Shown here: positions 10,853-20,545 of the stretch, piece by piece | Position numbering within the stretch: position 1 is the first letter of the stretch | Layout: every line of letters starts with the position of its first letter | Origin: Candidatus Cloacimonadota bacterium | Lineage (GTDB): Bacteria; Cloacimonadota; Cloacimonadia; G963667145 | NCBI GenBank assembly: GCA_963676615.1 | Contig: OY781092.1 | Span: 992,001 to 1,056,000, forward strand | Length of the DNA: 64,000 bases | Direction: 5' to 3' | Notes under the pieces: generated by a model | What the model was told of the DNA's origin: nothing | What the model saw: the letters and a program-made list of their open reading frames with translations, nothing else | Databases searched by the model: none | Made by a program: the position numbers and the translations under genes

Positions 10853-10883
10853 AACCTCCTTTTAGTTTCCACAACTTTCAACA

Positions 10884-12709
10884 TTACAATTCTTCACTAA
10901 CTTCGCCTTGCCCAGGCAACTTTTTGATCGCTCCCACAGGGCAAACCTCCATACAATTTCCGCACTTAACACAATCCGCCTGCGAAATCTCAAACTTCTC
11001 CTGGCGACTGCCGTGAATGCTGCTAACTGGGCACTTCTTCGCGCAAAGCGAGCAGCCCACACACTTGTCCTTATTTATCTGAAAATGCAAAAGATCAGGA
11101 CAAACAAGCGCAGAACATTTTTTCTCATTTATATGCTCTTCATACTCGTTTCGGAAATGTTTAATCGTTGACAACACTGGATTTGGCGCGGTCTGTCCCA
11201 AGCCGCACAAAGCGGTTTTCTTGATCACATTGCCCATTCGCTCCAGCTCTTGCAAATCTTCCATTGTCCCCTTTCCAGAAGTGATTTTTTCCAAAATATT
11301 GTGCAAATGCCGAAGTCCAATACGACACGGCGAACACTTGCCGCACGACTCTTCCATCGTAAATTCCAAGAAAAATTTGGCAACATTCACCATACATTTG
11401 CTATCGTTCATCACAATCACGCCGCCAGAGCCCATCATCGCGCCCTCGGCAATCAGCGAATCGTAATCGATAGGCACATTCCAATGCTCTTTGGTCAGAC
11501 AGCCGCCAGAAGGTCCGCCCAGCTGCACAGCCTTAAACTCGCCGCTGCTCATACCTCCGCCAACTTTATCGATAAGCTCGCCAATCGTCACGCCCATCGG
11601 CACTTCCACAAGCCCCGTATTTTTCACATCGCCCGTCAGCGCAAAAACTTTCGTGCCTTTGCTTTTTTCGGTGCCCATCGCCGCAAACCACTTGCCACCT
11701 TTTTCGATAATCGGCGGCACATTCGCCAAAGTCTCTACATTATTGATGTTCGTCGGCTTGTCCCAAAGTCCGCTAATAGCAGGAAACGGCGGTTTCGACC
11801 TCGGATGCCCTCTTCTTCCTTGAATCGACGAAATCAGAGCGGTCTCCTCTCCGCAAACAAAAGCGCCCGCTCCTGTGCGCACCTCCATATCAAAGCTAAA
11901 GCCACTGCCCAAAATATTCTCGCCCAGAAGCCCATACTCACGAGCCTTCTCAATCGCTAGCTTCACCCGCTCAATCGCCAGGGGATACTCCGCGCGGATA
12001 TAAAAAAAGCCCTTCGTCGCTCCAATGGCATACGCGGCTATCATCATCCCCTCCAGCACCTTGTGCGGATCGCCCTCCAAAACAGACCGATCCATAAAAG
12101 CGCCTGGGTCTCCCTCATCTCCGTTACAAATCAAATACTTAACGCCGTCATCGCTCTTGGCTTTTCGGGCAAATGTCCACTTCAAAAAAGTCGGGAAACC
12201 GCCACCGCCACGACCACGCAAGCCAGAAATCTCAATCTCCTTAATCACATCCTCGGGGCTCATCGACTCCAGCACCTTCGCCAGCGAGCCGTAGCCGTCA
12301 ACAGCCACATACTCTTCCAGCGACTCCGGATCGATATAACCGCAATACTCCAGCGCAACTTCGTCTGACTCTTGTAAAACGGCACATCCTCCACATTCCG
12401 CACAACATTCTCGGCAGCCGAGCCGTCCCTCATCAAAAGCCGCTCAACCACGCGCCCTTTAACAAAATGCTCCTCGACAACCTCTTTCATATCCTCAGGT
12501 TTGAGCTGCTTATAAAAAACGCCCTCGGGATAAATCAGCATCAAAGGTCCAAAATCGCAAGGTCCCATACAGCCAGTCTCGATGATGTTAACCTCGCTCT
12601 CAATCCCAAACTCCCGCACCTGTTTTTGCAGCTCTTGCTTTATCTTTTTGGCTCCAGCAGAAACACAACCCGAGCCAAAACACAGCAAAACATCGATTCT
12701 CTTTAACAT
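10884..12709 (-). CDS. hydB: NuoF-like diaphorase subunit, full-length form (HydB1/HndC), apparent 1-nt frameshift at about 12360
   Basis: N-terminal CFGSGC/TGCMGPC (ORF 12260-12709); remainder GDEGDPGAFMDR, GGPSGG, ESCGKCSPCR and 2x CxxCxxCxxxCP (ORF 10884-12308); adding one base restores QTKVALEYCGYIDPES. Confidence 0.88.
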
Positions 12710-12720
12710 CCTAACCTTCT

Positions 12721-13074
12721 CTAGATTAAAAATTCGCTAATAACATTGCCGTTAACAATATGCTCGCTCACCACTCTTTTCGCCTTCTCGGCGCTCATCT
12801 GACAATAAGTCACGCTCTTGCCATCCTTCTGCATCACATCCACCACAGGCTCCATACTCGACGCCCCTTTCTCTCCGCTCTGGGTAACGACGACGCCCGA
12901 AATATCTCGTTTGGAAATCTCATCCAAAAACGCCCGCATCACCTCTCGTGCGCCCATAGCAATTCCCGAAGTCCCCATTCCAACGACAATCTTGTATTTG
13001 TAGTCCGAATTTCGCAAGTTCATCTTTTTTTGAACTTCTTCCTTTAACTTTTTCAAATCAGCTAACGATTTCAT
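12721..13074 (-). CDS. Thioredoxin-like ferredoxin subunit (HydD/HndB-like), ligand cysteines absent
   Basis: MKSLADLKKLKEE, IVVGMGTSGIAMGA, EPVVDV, VVSEHIVNG. Confidence 0.8.
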   Translation of the reverse strand: MKSLADLKKLKEEVQKKMNLRNSDYKYKIVVGMGTSGIAMGAREVMRAFLDEISKRDISGVVVTQSGEKGASSMEPVVDVMQKDGKSVTYCQMSAEKAKRVVSEHIVNGNVISEFLI

Positions 13075-13616
13075 CTATCCTCCAATTTTCCAATCTGCTG
13101 GCAAAGAATCTCTTCCATAAAATTTCTTATCTCTGGCTGATCCAAAGGCACGCCATCTAGCTCCTTCTTCACCAGCCGAGTATCAAAACAATCTTTTTCT
13201 CCATTCACACTGCTACGCAAAACAAAATCAACTTTTGGATGCGCCACAATGCAGGTAACCATCGTCAAGGCGACATCGCCAAGCGGCAAAGCGTCGATGC
13301 TGGAAACCACAAAACTCGCCTTCAAAATAGTGCCTTTGCCCAGCTCGGACTGCAAATCAAAACTACCGCCCGACAAAGTGGCACTCTGGGCAAACAGCGG
13401 AATGCCCAAACCGACCTTCTTTTTGCGAAACGCCTTGCTCGTATAAAAAGGGTCAACCGCCGCCTTCAGCGTCTGCTCGTCCATCCCTTTGCCATTATCC
13501 TCCACGCTCAAACTCAAAACATCCTCTTTGCGCGAAAAACAACACTCAATCAAAGTAGCACCAGCACTCACCGAATTTTGGAGAATATCTAAAAGGTGTA
13601 AAGATATATCTTCCAT
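13071..13616 (-). CDS. Stand-alone HATPase_c (histidine kinase-like) protein of hydrogenase operons
   Basis: LDILQNS, EDNGKGM, DPFYTSK, GLGIP, GKGT. Confidence 0.88.
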   Translation of the reverse strand: MEDISLHLLDILQNSVSAGATLIECCFSRKEDVLSLSVEDNGKGMDEQTLKAAVDPFYTSKAFRKKKVGLGIPLFAQSATLSGGSFDLQSELGKGTILKASFVVSSIDALPLGDVALTMVTCIVAHPKVDFVLRSSVNGEKDCFDTRLVKKELDGVPLDQPEIRNFMEEILCQQIGKLEDR

Positions 13617-13649
13617 AAATTTGCGACTCCCTTATCTGCTCACCAAAAA

Positions 13650-14126
13650 CTAATACTTACTCAAAATCTCTTTAATCTGCCCTTTAGAAGCAATTTTACC
13701 ATAAGTATCTTCGCCGATAACCACCACTGGCGCAAGCGAACACGCACCCACGCAGCGCACCGACGACAGCGAGAACTTGCCATCCTGAGTCGTTTGCCCA
13801 AGGCTCACGCCAAGCTCCTGCTCAAACATCTTAATCACATTCGCAGCGCCCTTCACATAACACGCAGTTCCCGTGCAAATATTGATAACGACCTCGCCGC
13901 GCGGCTTCATCGAAAAGAAATTATAAAAAGTCACCACGCCGTAGATTTTGTTCACAGGCAAATCCATCTGCTCGGCAACAAACGCCTGCACCTCTTTCGG
14001 CAAATAGCCAAACAACCTTTGCGCCTCACGCAAAACCTCGATCAAAGGGTCTCTCAGACCTTTTTTCTCTTGGATAATCTCCTTCAGCTCCGCATAAAGT
14101 TTATTCTCACACTTCTCCACATTCAC
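13650..14126 (-). CDS. hydC: NuoE-like 2Fe-2S subunit (HydC1/HndA)
   Basis: FGYLP, VVTFYNFF, CTGTACYVKG, RCVGACSLAP. Confidence 0.92.
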   Translation of the reverse strand: MNVEKCENKLYAELKEIIQEKKGLRDPLIEVLREAQRLFGYLPKEVQAFVAEQMDLPVNKIYGVVTFYNFFSMKPRGEVVINICTGTACYVKGAANVIKMFEQELGVSLGQTTQDGKFSLSSVRCVGACSLAPVVVIGEDTYGKIASKGQIKEILSKY

Positions 14127-14133
14127 CCCCTAC

Positions 14134-14847
14134 TTAAATCGTTTTTGTCTCAAACTCATTTTTTTGTAAAGCTATTTTTAAACTTTCAAAATTCAGCTCG
14201 TCCAGACTATACTCCGTATATCTTTTCCCAAAATCTTTTCGATAATGAGCGTCGGAATTTCGCACCAGCGGCAACCCGTATTTTTCCCATGGCGCAAAAT
14301 CTCCCACAACCTCCAGCGCATCAAAATCCACATCCTGCGGCAAAAATCCCAGCTGCGACTTTGTGCTAAAGCTATCGGCGTCCACATGCGAGGCGACCAA
14401 AAAGCCGCCATACTGCGCAACTTTGGCAGAAGTCGTCTGCAAATCCCAGCTCACCGAATTCAGCAAAAGCTTGCCCTCAAACCCAAGCACCATCTCGTTT
14501 TCGTCGATAAGCACCTGATCGCCAAAAAAACCTTTGCGATTTTGAATGTCAGGCAGCGCCCGATACAGCTCCGCATCAAAAGCCGCCGCAGTCTTGCAGT
14601 CGGGAAAATACGCCAAAAGGTGCACCTCCAAACTGGTTTGAATCTCCACGCCGTAAATAAAATGGATGCCAAATTTTTGGGCAATACTCGCATAAGCCAA
14701 AGAGTTCGCCAGACTATTATGCTCCGTGATAGAGAGCATCCCAAAGCCCAAATCTCTGGCTTTTTCAAACAAAAGCGAGGGCGACATCGAATAATCGCCA
14801 CACGGCGACAAAACAGAATGCAAATGCAAATCGGCCTTGCAAACCAT
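14134..14847 (-). CDS. PHP-domain phosphoesterase
   Basis: DLHLHSVLSPC, ITEHNS, GVEI, NSDAH. Confidence 0.9.
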   Translation of the reverse strand: MVCKADLHLHSVLSPCGDYSMSPSLLFEKARDLGFGMLSITEHNSLANSLAYASIAQKFGIHFIYGVEIQTSLEVHLLAYFPDCKTAAAFDAELYRALPDIQNRKGFFGDQVLIDENEMVLGFEGKLLLNSVSWDLQTTSAKVAQYGGFLVASHVDADSFSTKSQLGFLPQDVDFDALEVVGDFAPWEKYGLPLVRNSDAHYRKDFGKRYTEYSLDELNFESLKIALQKNEFETKTI

Positions 14848-16467
14848 CTATTGCACCGCCACCAACTTATACAAAATCCCCGAAATCTGAAAAGAGTTAT
14901 AAGGACTGCTCACAAGCACAATCCCCTCTTCGTTTGCCTTCTCAATCACCTCTGGCGTCGGCATCTTATTCTTGGCAAAAATTATCGCATCAATCTCCAA
15001 GAGCGACGCCACAGCAATCGAATTTTGATGCTGCATAATCGTCACCCACACTTGGCTATCGCCAGCCGAAGCCATCACATCCGAAAGCAAATCGCCCGCA
15101 TAAACGCTGCTAACTCTCACGCTCGACAAATCTTTCTCCTTCGTCAAAAGTTTGCCGCCAATATACTCAATCAACTTCGCCAAAGACATCTCTTTTTTCT
15201 CCTGCAAATTAAAAACACAATCCGAAAACTTCGCCTTTCCACTCACAATCTCCTTCGCCAAAACCTCGCAAGTCGGACACCCGCAAATCCCGCAATTTTT
15301 ACCCGGCAAAAGCTTTTTAATGTCCTCATACTTTTTCATTTTGGCGATTTTTTCTTTAATCGACAAATTATCCACCTCGCGCGGCACAGGCGTAATCTCA
15401 TTTTTTATCTCGAACTCTTTGTTTTTGAACAACTTATAAAAAAGCTCTTTGTCGATTTTTTCGAACTTCACATCCGAAGAAGCGATACGATTTGCCGCAA
15501 TAAACGGATTTTCCACATTCAAATCTCCGCCGACACAACCGTTGGTGCAACTGCGCAGCACCACATAATCGTAATAATCCAGCTGACCGCCCTCGATTTT
15601 GGACAAAATATCTTTCGCACCCTTAAAACCGCTAACCGCCAAAGTCTTAAAATTGCTCTCCTTCACCTGATTGCCCTCGGAAATATAAATCCCCCAATTC
15701 TCGTGATTTATAACGCCACCCGAGTTTTGCACATCCTTTTTCTCGTCCTGCTTCTGATTATAACAAATATTCATAATCCGATTGTAAACATCGCGCATCG
15801 CCAAAGCGCCGTCCTGAAAAGATTTATCTTGCCCAACAGGATTTTTGAAAGCGGTAATTTGCGACGAACACGGAGCCACCGAAAAAATTCCAATCTCGTC
15901 TGGCTTGAACCCTTTTTTTTCTGCCAAATAGTGCCGATAGTAGGCGCTCAAAATCGCCACAGAAGACTCCAGCGGCACAATATGCTCCAGCAGCGACGGG
16001 TACTTAACCCTTATCAGCCGCACAATCGCAGGACAATTCGACGAAATCAAAGGGCGAATTTTGGCATCGTTCAACTTTTGCGCAAAAATCGGCGCCATCA
16101 CTCCAGTAATCATATTTTCATCGATCACCTTGTCGAAACCCAGCTGCAAAAGGGCGTCCGTCGCCACCGCATAATCGATTTTGGGCGGAAGCTGCCCGAT
16201 AAAAACATTCGACAAAAGCGCCACACGATATTTAAACCTAGAATCGTGCAAGAGCTCATCGAAATCGTCGTAAACGCTTTTGATGGCTCCCACAGGGCAA
16301 ATTTTGATGCACTGTCCGCAGCTGATGCACTTGTGCTGATACAGCTCGACCTTGCCGTCGCGGAGCCTGATGGCAGACACTGGGCAAACCCGAATACACC
16401 TCGTGCAACCGATGCACTTCTCCTTATCCTCCTGCACCGAGCCGCTAAAATTCACAATATTTTCCAT
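14848..16467 (-). CDS. Fe-hydrogenase-like Fe-S protein (degenerate H-domain) fused to a C-terminal DRTGG domain
   Basis: 2x4Fe-4S at the N-terminus, SSNCPA, APCSSQ, SCTNGCVGG, LPGKNCGICGCPTC, then GDLLSDVMA DRTGG-like domain. Confidence 0.8.
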   Translation of the reverse strand: MENIVNFSGSVQEDKEKCIGCTRCIRVCPVSAIRLRDGKVELYQHKCISCGQCIKICPVGAIKSVYDDFDELLHDSRFKYRVALLSNVFIGQLPPKIDYAVATDALLQLGFDKVIDENMITGVMAPIFAQKLNDAKIRPLISSNCPAIVRLIRVKYPSLLEHIVPLESSVAILSAYYRHYLAEKKGFKPDEIGIFSVAPCSSQITAFKNPVGQDKSFQDGALAMRDVYNRIMNICYNQKQDEKKDVQNSGGVINHENWGIYISEGNQVKESNFKTLAVSGFKGAKDILSKIEGGQLDYYDYVVLRSCTNGCVGGDLNVENPFIAANRIASSDVKFEKIDKELFYKLFKNKEFEIKNEITPVPREVDNLSIKEKIAKMKKYEDIKKLLPGKNCGICGCPTCEVLAKEIVSGKAKFSDCVFNLQEKKEMSLAKLIEYIGGKLLTKEKDLSSVRVSSVYAGDLLSDVMASAGDSQVWVTIMQHQNSIAVASLLEIDAIIFAKNKMPTPEVIEKANEEGIVLVSSPYNSFQISGILYKLVAVQ

Positions 16468-16482
16468 CTTCTACTTTTTTCC

Positions 16483-16962
16483 TTAAAAAAACACGACCAA
16501 ATCTAGCTCCGTATTTCCCGCAGAATAAAGCCTCATAATATCCACATTATCTTTGATATTCGGCAGTCCCATACCAGCACCAAAACCCATTGAACGCGCC
16601 AAATCGTCTGCCGTGGAATAGCCCGGCTGCATCGCTTTTTCGATATCGGCAATGCCAGGACCATTATCGACAAACCGCAGATGCACAAACTCTGGATAAA
16701 TTCCCACCAGCATCTTGCCACCCTTGGAATGCGCCACCACATTTATCTCCGCCTCATAGCTCGCCACAGCAAAACGCCGCAAAGAGCCCGTATCGATGCC
16801 CAAACTTTTCAGCTTCTTCTTAACTTTCGTCGTCGCTTTTCCCGATTCGACAAAATCTTTGGCTTTAATCTCAAAATCGAAATTTATCGCTGGCTTATCC
16901 AGCTCGTTCAAAAAAACTTCTGGCTCAACCTGTGCATCTTTGCTAAACTCAAAACTACTCAT
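16483..16962 (-). CDS. RsbT/anti-sigma-type Ser/Thr kinase
   Basis: YEAEINVVAH, DNGPGI, GYST, MGFGAGMGLPN. Confidence 0.88.
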   Translation of the reverse strand: MSSFEFSKDAQVEPEVFLNELDKPAINFDFEIKAKDFVESGKATTKVKKKLKSLGIDTGSLRRFAVASYEAEINVVAHSKGGKMLVGIYPEFVHLRFVDNGPGIADIEKAMQPGYSTADDLARSMGFGAGMGLPNIKDNVDIMRLYSAGNTELDLVVFF

Positions 16963-17320
16963 CGATACTCACCTTTATCTCAAGAGGCGCAAGACCGCCC
17001 TTATACGAAAAAGCGCAAGCCTCAAAAAGCGACATCTTCGTGCACAAAACTGGCAAATCGTGATCTTCTGCCAGCTGCAAAATTTCCGCCGTCGGCTTCT
17101 TCCCTCGCACAAACACAACCGCTTGCATATCAACCATTTCCGCCACTCGAATAATCTGATGATTAACAAGCCCCGTAAAAAGCACCGCCGAATCTTTCAC
17201 GCACATCAAAATATCGCTAATCAAATCTGACGCCGCGCCGCAACTCACATCATAATCCAAATGCTTGGGCGAACTCAGCAACTTGCCGTCCACCAACTCT
17301 AAAAGTTCTTTCAATTTCAT
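16955..17320 (-). CDS. DRTGG-domain protein
   Basis: ASDLISDIL, TGL, IRVAEM, FVRGK. Confidence 0.85.
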   Translation of the reverse strand: MKLKELLELVDGKLLSSPKHLDYDVSCGAASDLISDILMCVKDSAVLFTGLVNHQIIRVAEMVDMQAVVFVRGKKPTAEILQLAEDHDLPVLCTKMSLFEACAFSYKGGLAPLEIKVSIDE

Positions 17321-19675
17321 CTAATGCACCCTTATATATTGCTTGAGCGCTTCCAAATCTTTCTTCAGCTGCGCCATCAACTCCGCCTGCGAAGCGAACT
17401 TTTTCTCCGCCCGCAAAAACCGCAAAAACTCCACTTTCACCTCTCGGCCGTAAATATTTTTATTAAATTTATAAAGATAATTTTCGATCGTCTTCTTCCG
17501 CTCATCGCTACGCACAGTAGGCGCAAAGCCGATATTCGTAAGGCCATAATAGCCCTTGTCGCCGATTTTGGTATGCGTGATATATACCCCTTCGGCTGGA
17601 TAAATTTTGAACTCCTCTTTGGGGCTTAAATTCAAAGTCGGGAAGCCAAGACTTCCGCCAATTTTGCGACCTTTCTCCACAGTTCCCACAACCGAATAGT
17701 TCCGCGAAAGATAGCGCCTGATGCCGTTAATCTCGCCTTTTTTTATCTTCTCTCGAATGAGTTTGCTGCAAACAATCTCGCCGCTCATAATCAAAGGATC
17801 AACCAGACGCACCTTGATGCCATAAGGCTTGCCCAGCTTCATCAAAAGCCGATAATCGCCCTCTTTGCCTTTACCAAATCTGGTGTCGTGTCCACAAACA
17901 ATCTCGCGAATATGCAACTTCTCCAGCAAAATCTTCTTGAAAAACTCCTCGGCCGTAAAATGCGCGACCTCATCAAAATCCAGATACAAAATCGAATGCA
18001 CCCCAAATTTGTGAAAAAGCAAATGCTCCTTATGTTTCCGCTCCAAAATCATATACGGTTCTATCGGGCGGTTGTCCATTTTCAAAAAATGCTCCCGAGT
18101 ATGAGCGCGATAAGTCAGCACCAAAGCCTCTCCGCCCGTATCCGTCGCACGAGAATACAACCTGTTCAAAAGTTTCGAATGCCCAAAATGCAACCCCTCA
18201 AAATTGCCAATGGCAACAATCGGATACTTATACCGCAAGCTCGTCTGCTGGGTAATATCCACGATGCTCCCTTTCGGTGTATAGGGAATATCCTGGCTGG
18301 CAATCACGATTTTGAACATCTTCGACAAATTCGCAAAACTTTCGACCTTCTTAATTTCGTCAGTTGAAAACTCAATCTTTTTCAAGTTTCGGAACCTGCC
18401 CAAAAAAGTCAAATCGACAAAAGATTGCAAAAACTCTGGCGTCTCGTCGTAAAAGCTCAACCGCTCCAGCTTTGTGCAATTTTGCAATCCCGATAAGTTG
18501 GTCAAATTTTCGGCTTGTATCCGAAAAAAGTTACTATTCACCAGCTCCCGCAGCTCGCTAGAATTTGGCAAAAACAAAGAGTAGCCGTTGTCCAGCTGCA
18601 CATTAAACGCTCGCTTCCACTGCGGCTCCAGATTATTCCACCACTGCCGCAAAAGCTTTTTAGAGTCAAAAAACGACGCATTTTGAGTTGCAAAAAGTTT
18701 CCGCAATCGCAAAAATTCCCTTCGCTTTTCCTTCCGCAATCTCCATTTTTCCCAAAATTTGAACGAAACCATACTCACTAAAATCAAAATCAGCAATCCC
18801 AAAACTCCACCAATGATTAAAATCTTAGTATTCCGCTTCTCTGTAAAAAGCGCGCTCACCCTCTGTTTTTCTGACTCCGGCAAAGTTTTGCTATCCTCAG
18901 AGAACAAAAAAACTTTCAAACTTTTAAGCTTTTCCACGCCATCCAAATTGGTTAATTTATTTTTGAAAATAAAAATCTTTTCCAAATCTTTCGCATTCTC
19001 AAGACCTTTTATGTTGGCAATCTCGTTGTTGTGCGCCAACAAAATCTTCAACTTCGGACTGCTACTCAGCGGCTCCAGCGACGAAATATTGTTGTGATTG
19101 ATCGAGAGTTCCTCCAAAAGCGGCTTGTTCGCCAACGGCTCTATCGACGAGATAAAGTTCCGATGCACATAAACCCTCTTCAGATTTTGCAAATCCTCAA
19201 GCCCTCTCAAATCTTGCAAATCGTTAAAATCAGCCCGCAAATACTCTAGCTTCTTCAAATTCCGCAAGCGCCACAGCGACTGAATTCGGTTGTCACTTAG
19301 CTTCAACTCTTTTAGGTTCACCAAATTTTCAATGCCGTTCAAATCAGCAATCTGGTTGTAAGAGCAATTGACATTTTCCAAATGATCTAGCTGACTCAAT
19401 CCGCTGACATCCGTGAGGTTATGCCCATACAAAAACAAAGTTTTTCGCTTCAGCAAACTTTCCAAAAACACATCTTTTGGTTTTTGCACAGTTTTTCCTA
19501 ACCCCAAAACCCTATTGAACGCCAGCTTCCACTGATAATCCAGACCGTTCCACCATATCTCCCGTTTTTCGGGGGTATCAAATTTTCGACTCATCTCCAC
19601 TTTTTGAGCAGCTGCCCACAAAAACCCTTGTAAAACCACAACTATAAATAAAATTTTCAACAATTTTTTCATCAC
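17321..19675 (-). CDS. ribF: Membrane-anchored LRR protein fused to bifunctional riboflavin kinase/FAD synthetase
   Basis: Signal peptide, LRRs, TM helix at about aa 285-305, second LRR block, then from about aa 470 GNFEGLHFGH, GHDTRFG, GRKIGGSLGFPTLN, GFAPT, FLRAEKKF; lies directly downstream of truB. Confidence 0.88.
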   Translation of the reverse strand: MMKKLLKILFIVVVLQGFLWAAAQKVEMSRKFDTPEKREIWWNGLDYQWKLAFNRVLGLGKTVQKPKDVFLESLLKRKTLFLYGHNLTDVSGLSQLDHLENVNCSYNQIADLNGIENLVNLKELKLSDNRIQSLWRLRNLKKLEYLRADFNDLQDLRGLEDLQNLKRVYVHRNFISSIEPLANKPLLEELSINHNNISSLEPLSSSPKLKILLAHNNEIANIKGLENAKDLEKIFIFKNKLTNLDGVEKLKSLKVFLFSEDSKTLPESEKQRVSALFTEKRNTKILIIGGVLGLLILILVSMVSFKFWEKWRLRKEKRREFLRLRKLFATQNASFFDSKKLLRQWWNNLEPQWKRAFNVQLDNGYSLFLPNSSELRELVNSNFFRIQAENLTNLSGLQNCTKLERLSFYDETPEFLQSFVDLTFLGRFRNLKKIEFSTDEIKKVESFANLSKMFKIVIASQDIPYTPKGSIVDITQQTSLRYKYPIVAIGNFEGLHFGHSKLLNRLYSRATDTGGEALVLTYRAHTREHFLKMDNRPIEPYMILERKHKEHLLFHKFGVHSILYLDFDEVAHFTAEEFFKKILLEKLHIREIVCGHDTRFGKGKEGDYRLLMKLGKPYGIKVRLVDPLIMSGEIVCSKLIREKIKKGEINGIRRYLSRNYSVVGTVEKGRKIGGSLGFPTLNLSPKEEFKIYPAEGVYITHTKIGDKGYYGLTNIGFAPTVRSDERKKTIENYLYKFNKNIYGREVKVEFLRFLRAEKKFASQAELMAQLKKDLEALKQYIRVH

Positions 19676-19684
19676 TTTCCCTAA

Positions 19685-20545
19685 TCAAAACACTATTTTT
19701 GGCTGAACTTTTCCTTGTTCAGTCCAAGCTACACCCACAAATTCTTCGTTGTGGTAAATTTTTGTAAAGCCATTTTTTGCTCTTTCTTCTTCCCAAAAAT
19801 TGCCGTGACAAAATCTTTCAAACAGAGCGTCGTCAATCTGCAAAGCGGGAAAATCTTGCAGCAAAACATCCGCCGAAAGCACTCGGGAACGCAAAAATTC
19901 GCCACTAGTTTGCTGATCAATCTGCACGCAATCGTCTATCCCAAAACCTGCACACTCCACACGCCGCAGCGCTTGCGTCGTGCCCACGACACCCAAAAGC
20001 TGGCTAATATCCTGACTGAGCGTCCGAATATATGTCCCTTTGGAAACTTTGGCTTCGTAGCTCATGAGCCTTCCGTCAAAATCTTTTATCGTAAAATTGG
20101 AAATTTTTATCGCTCGCGGTTTCATCGCAGGGGAAGCTCCCGCTCTTGCCAAGGCGTAAGCCCTTTTGCCATCGACTTTTATCGCCGAATAAATCGGAGG
20201 AATTTGCGAGGTCATCCCCAAAACTTTTTCCGCCAAATCGGCGCTCAAACCCTTGGGCAAATCGCTGATTGCAATCACCTTGCCCGTGATGTCCGCCGTG
20301 TCAGTTTTTTGCCCGAACAAAATCGTCGCCTGATAGCGTTTGTCCTGCACCGACACGAACCTCGCAAGGCGTGTGGCTCTGCCCAGCAACACCACCAGCA
20401 CGCCCGTGGCAAAATTGTCCAGCGTTCCGCAATGCCCCACTTTTTTTATGCCCAAAATTCGCCGTATTTGCGCGATAACCCCAAACGAGCTGATTCCCGC
20501 GGGTTTATCCACCAAAAGCACGCCACTCAAAGAGCTTGCCTGCAT
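19685..20545 (-). CDS. truB: tRNA pseudouridine-55 synthase
   Basis: DKPAGISS, GHCGTLD, QIPPIYSAIKVDGKRAY, SKGTYIRTL. Confidence 0.95.
   Translation of the reverse strand: MQASSLSGVLLVDKPAGISSFGVIAQIRRILGIKKVGHCGTLDNFATGVLVVLLGRATRLARFVSVQDKRYQATILFGQKTDTADITGKVIAISDLPKGLSADLAEKVLGMTSQIPPIYSAIKVDGKRAYALARAGASPAMKPRAIKISNFTIKDFDGRLMSYEAKVSKGTYIRTLSQDISQLLGVVGTTQALRRVECAGFGIDDCVQIDQQTSGEFLRSRVLSADVLLQDFPALQIDDALFERFCHGNFWEEERAKNGFTKIYHNEEFVGVAWTEQGKVQPKIVF

Noticed and set aside
8872..14126. Respiratory complex I (nuoEF) operon
   Set aside because: No membrane or other nuo subunits; the genes are linked to an H-cluster-containing HydA.
14245..16506. 753-aa plus-strand ORF, and similar long antisense ORFs such as 8944-10113, 28658-29953 and 50462-51655
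   Set aside because: Shadow frames opposite well-supported genes. They have no motifs, and the C/A-rich plus strand is depleted of stop codons.
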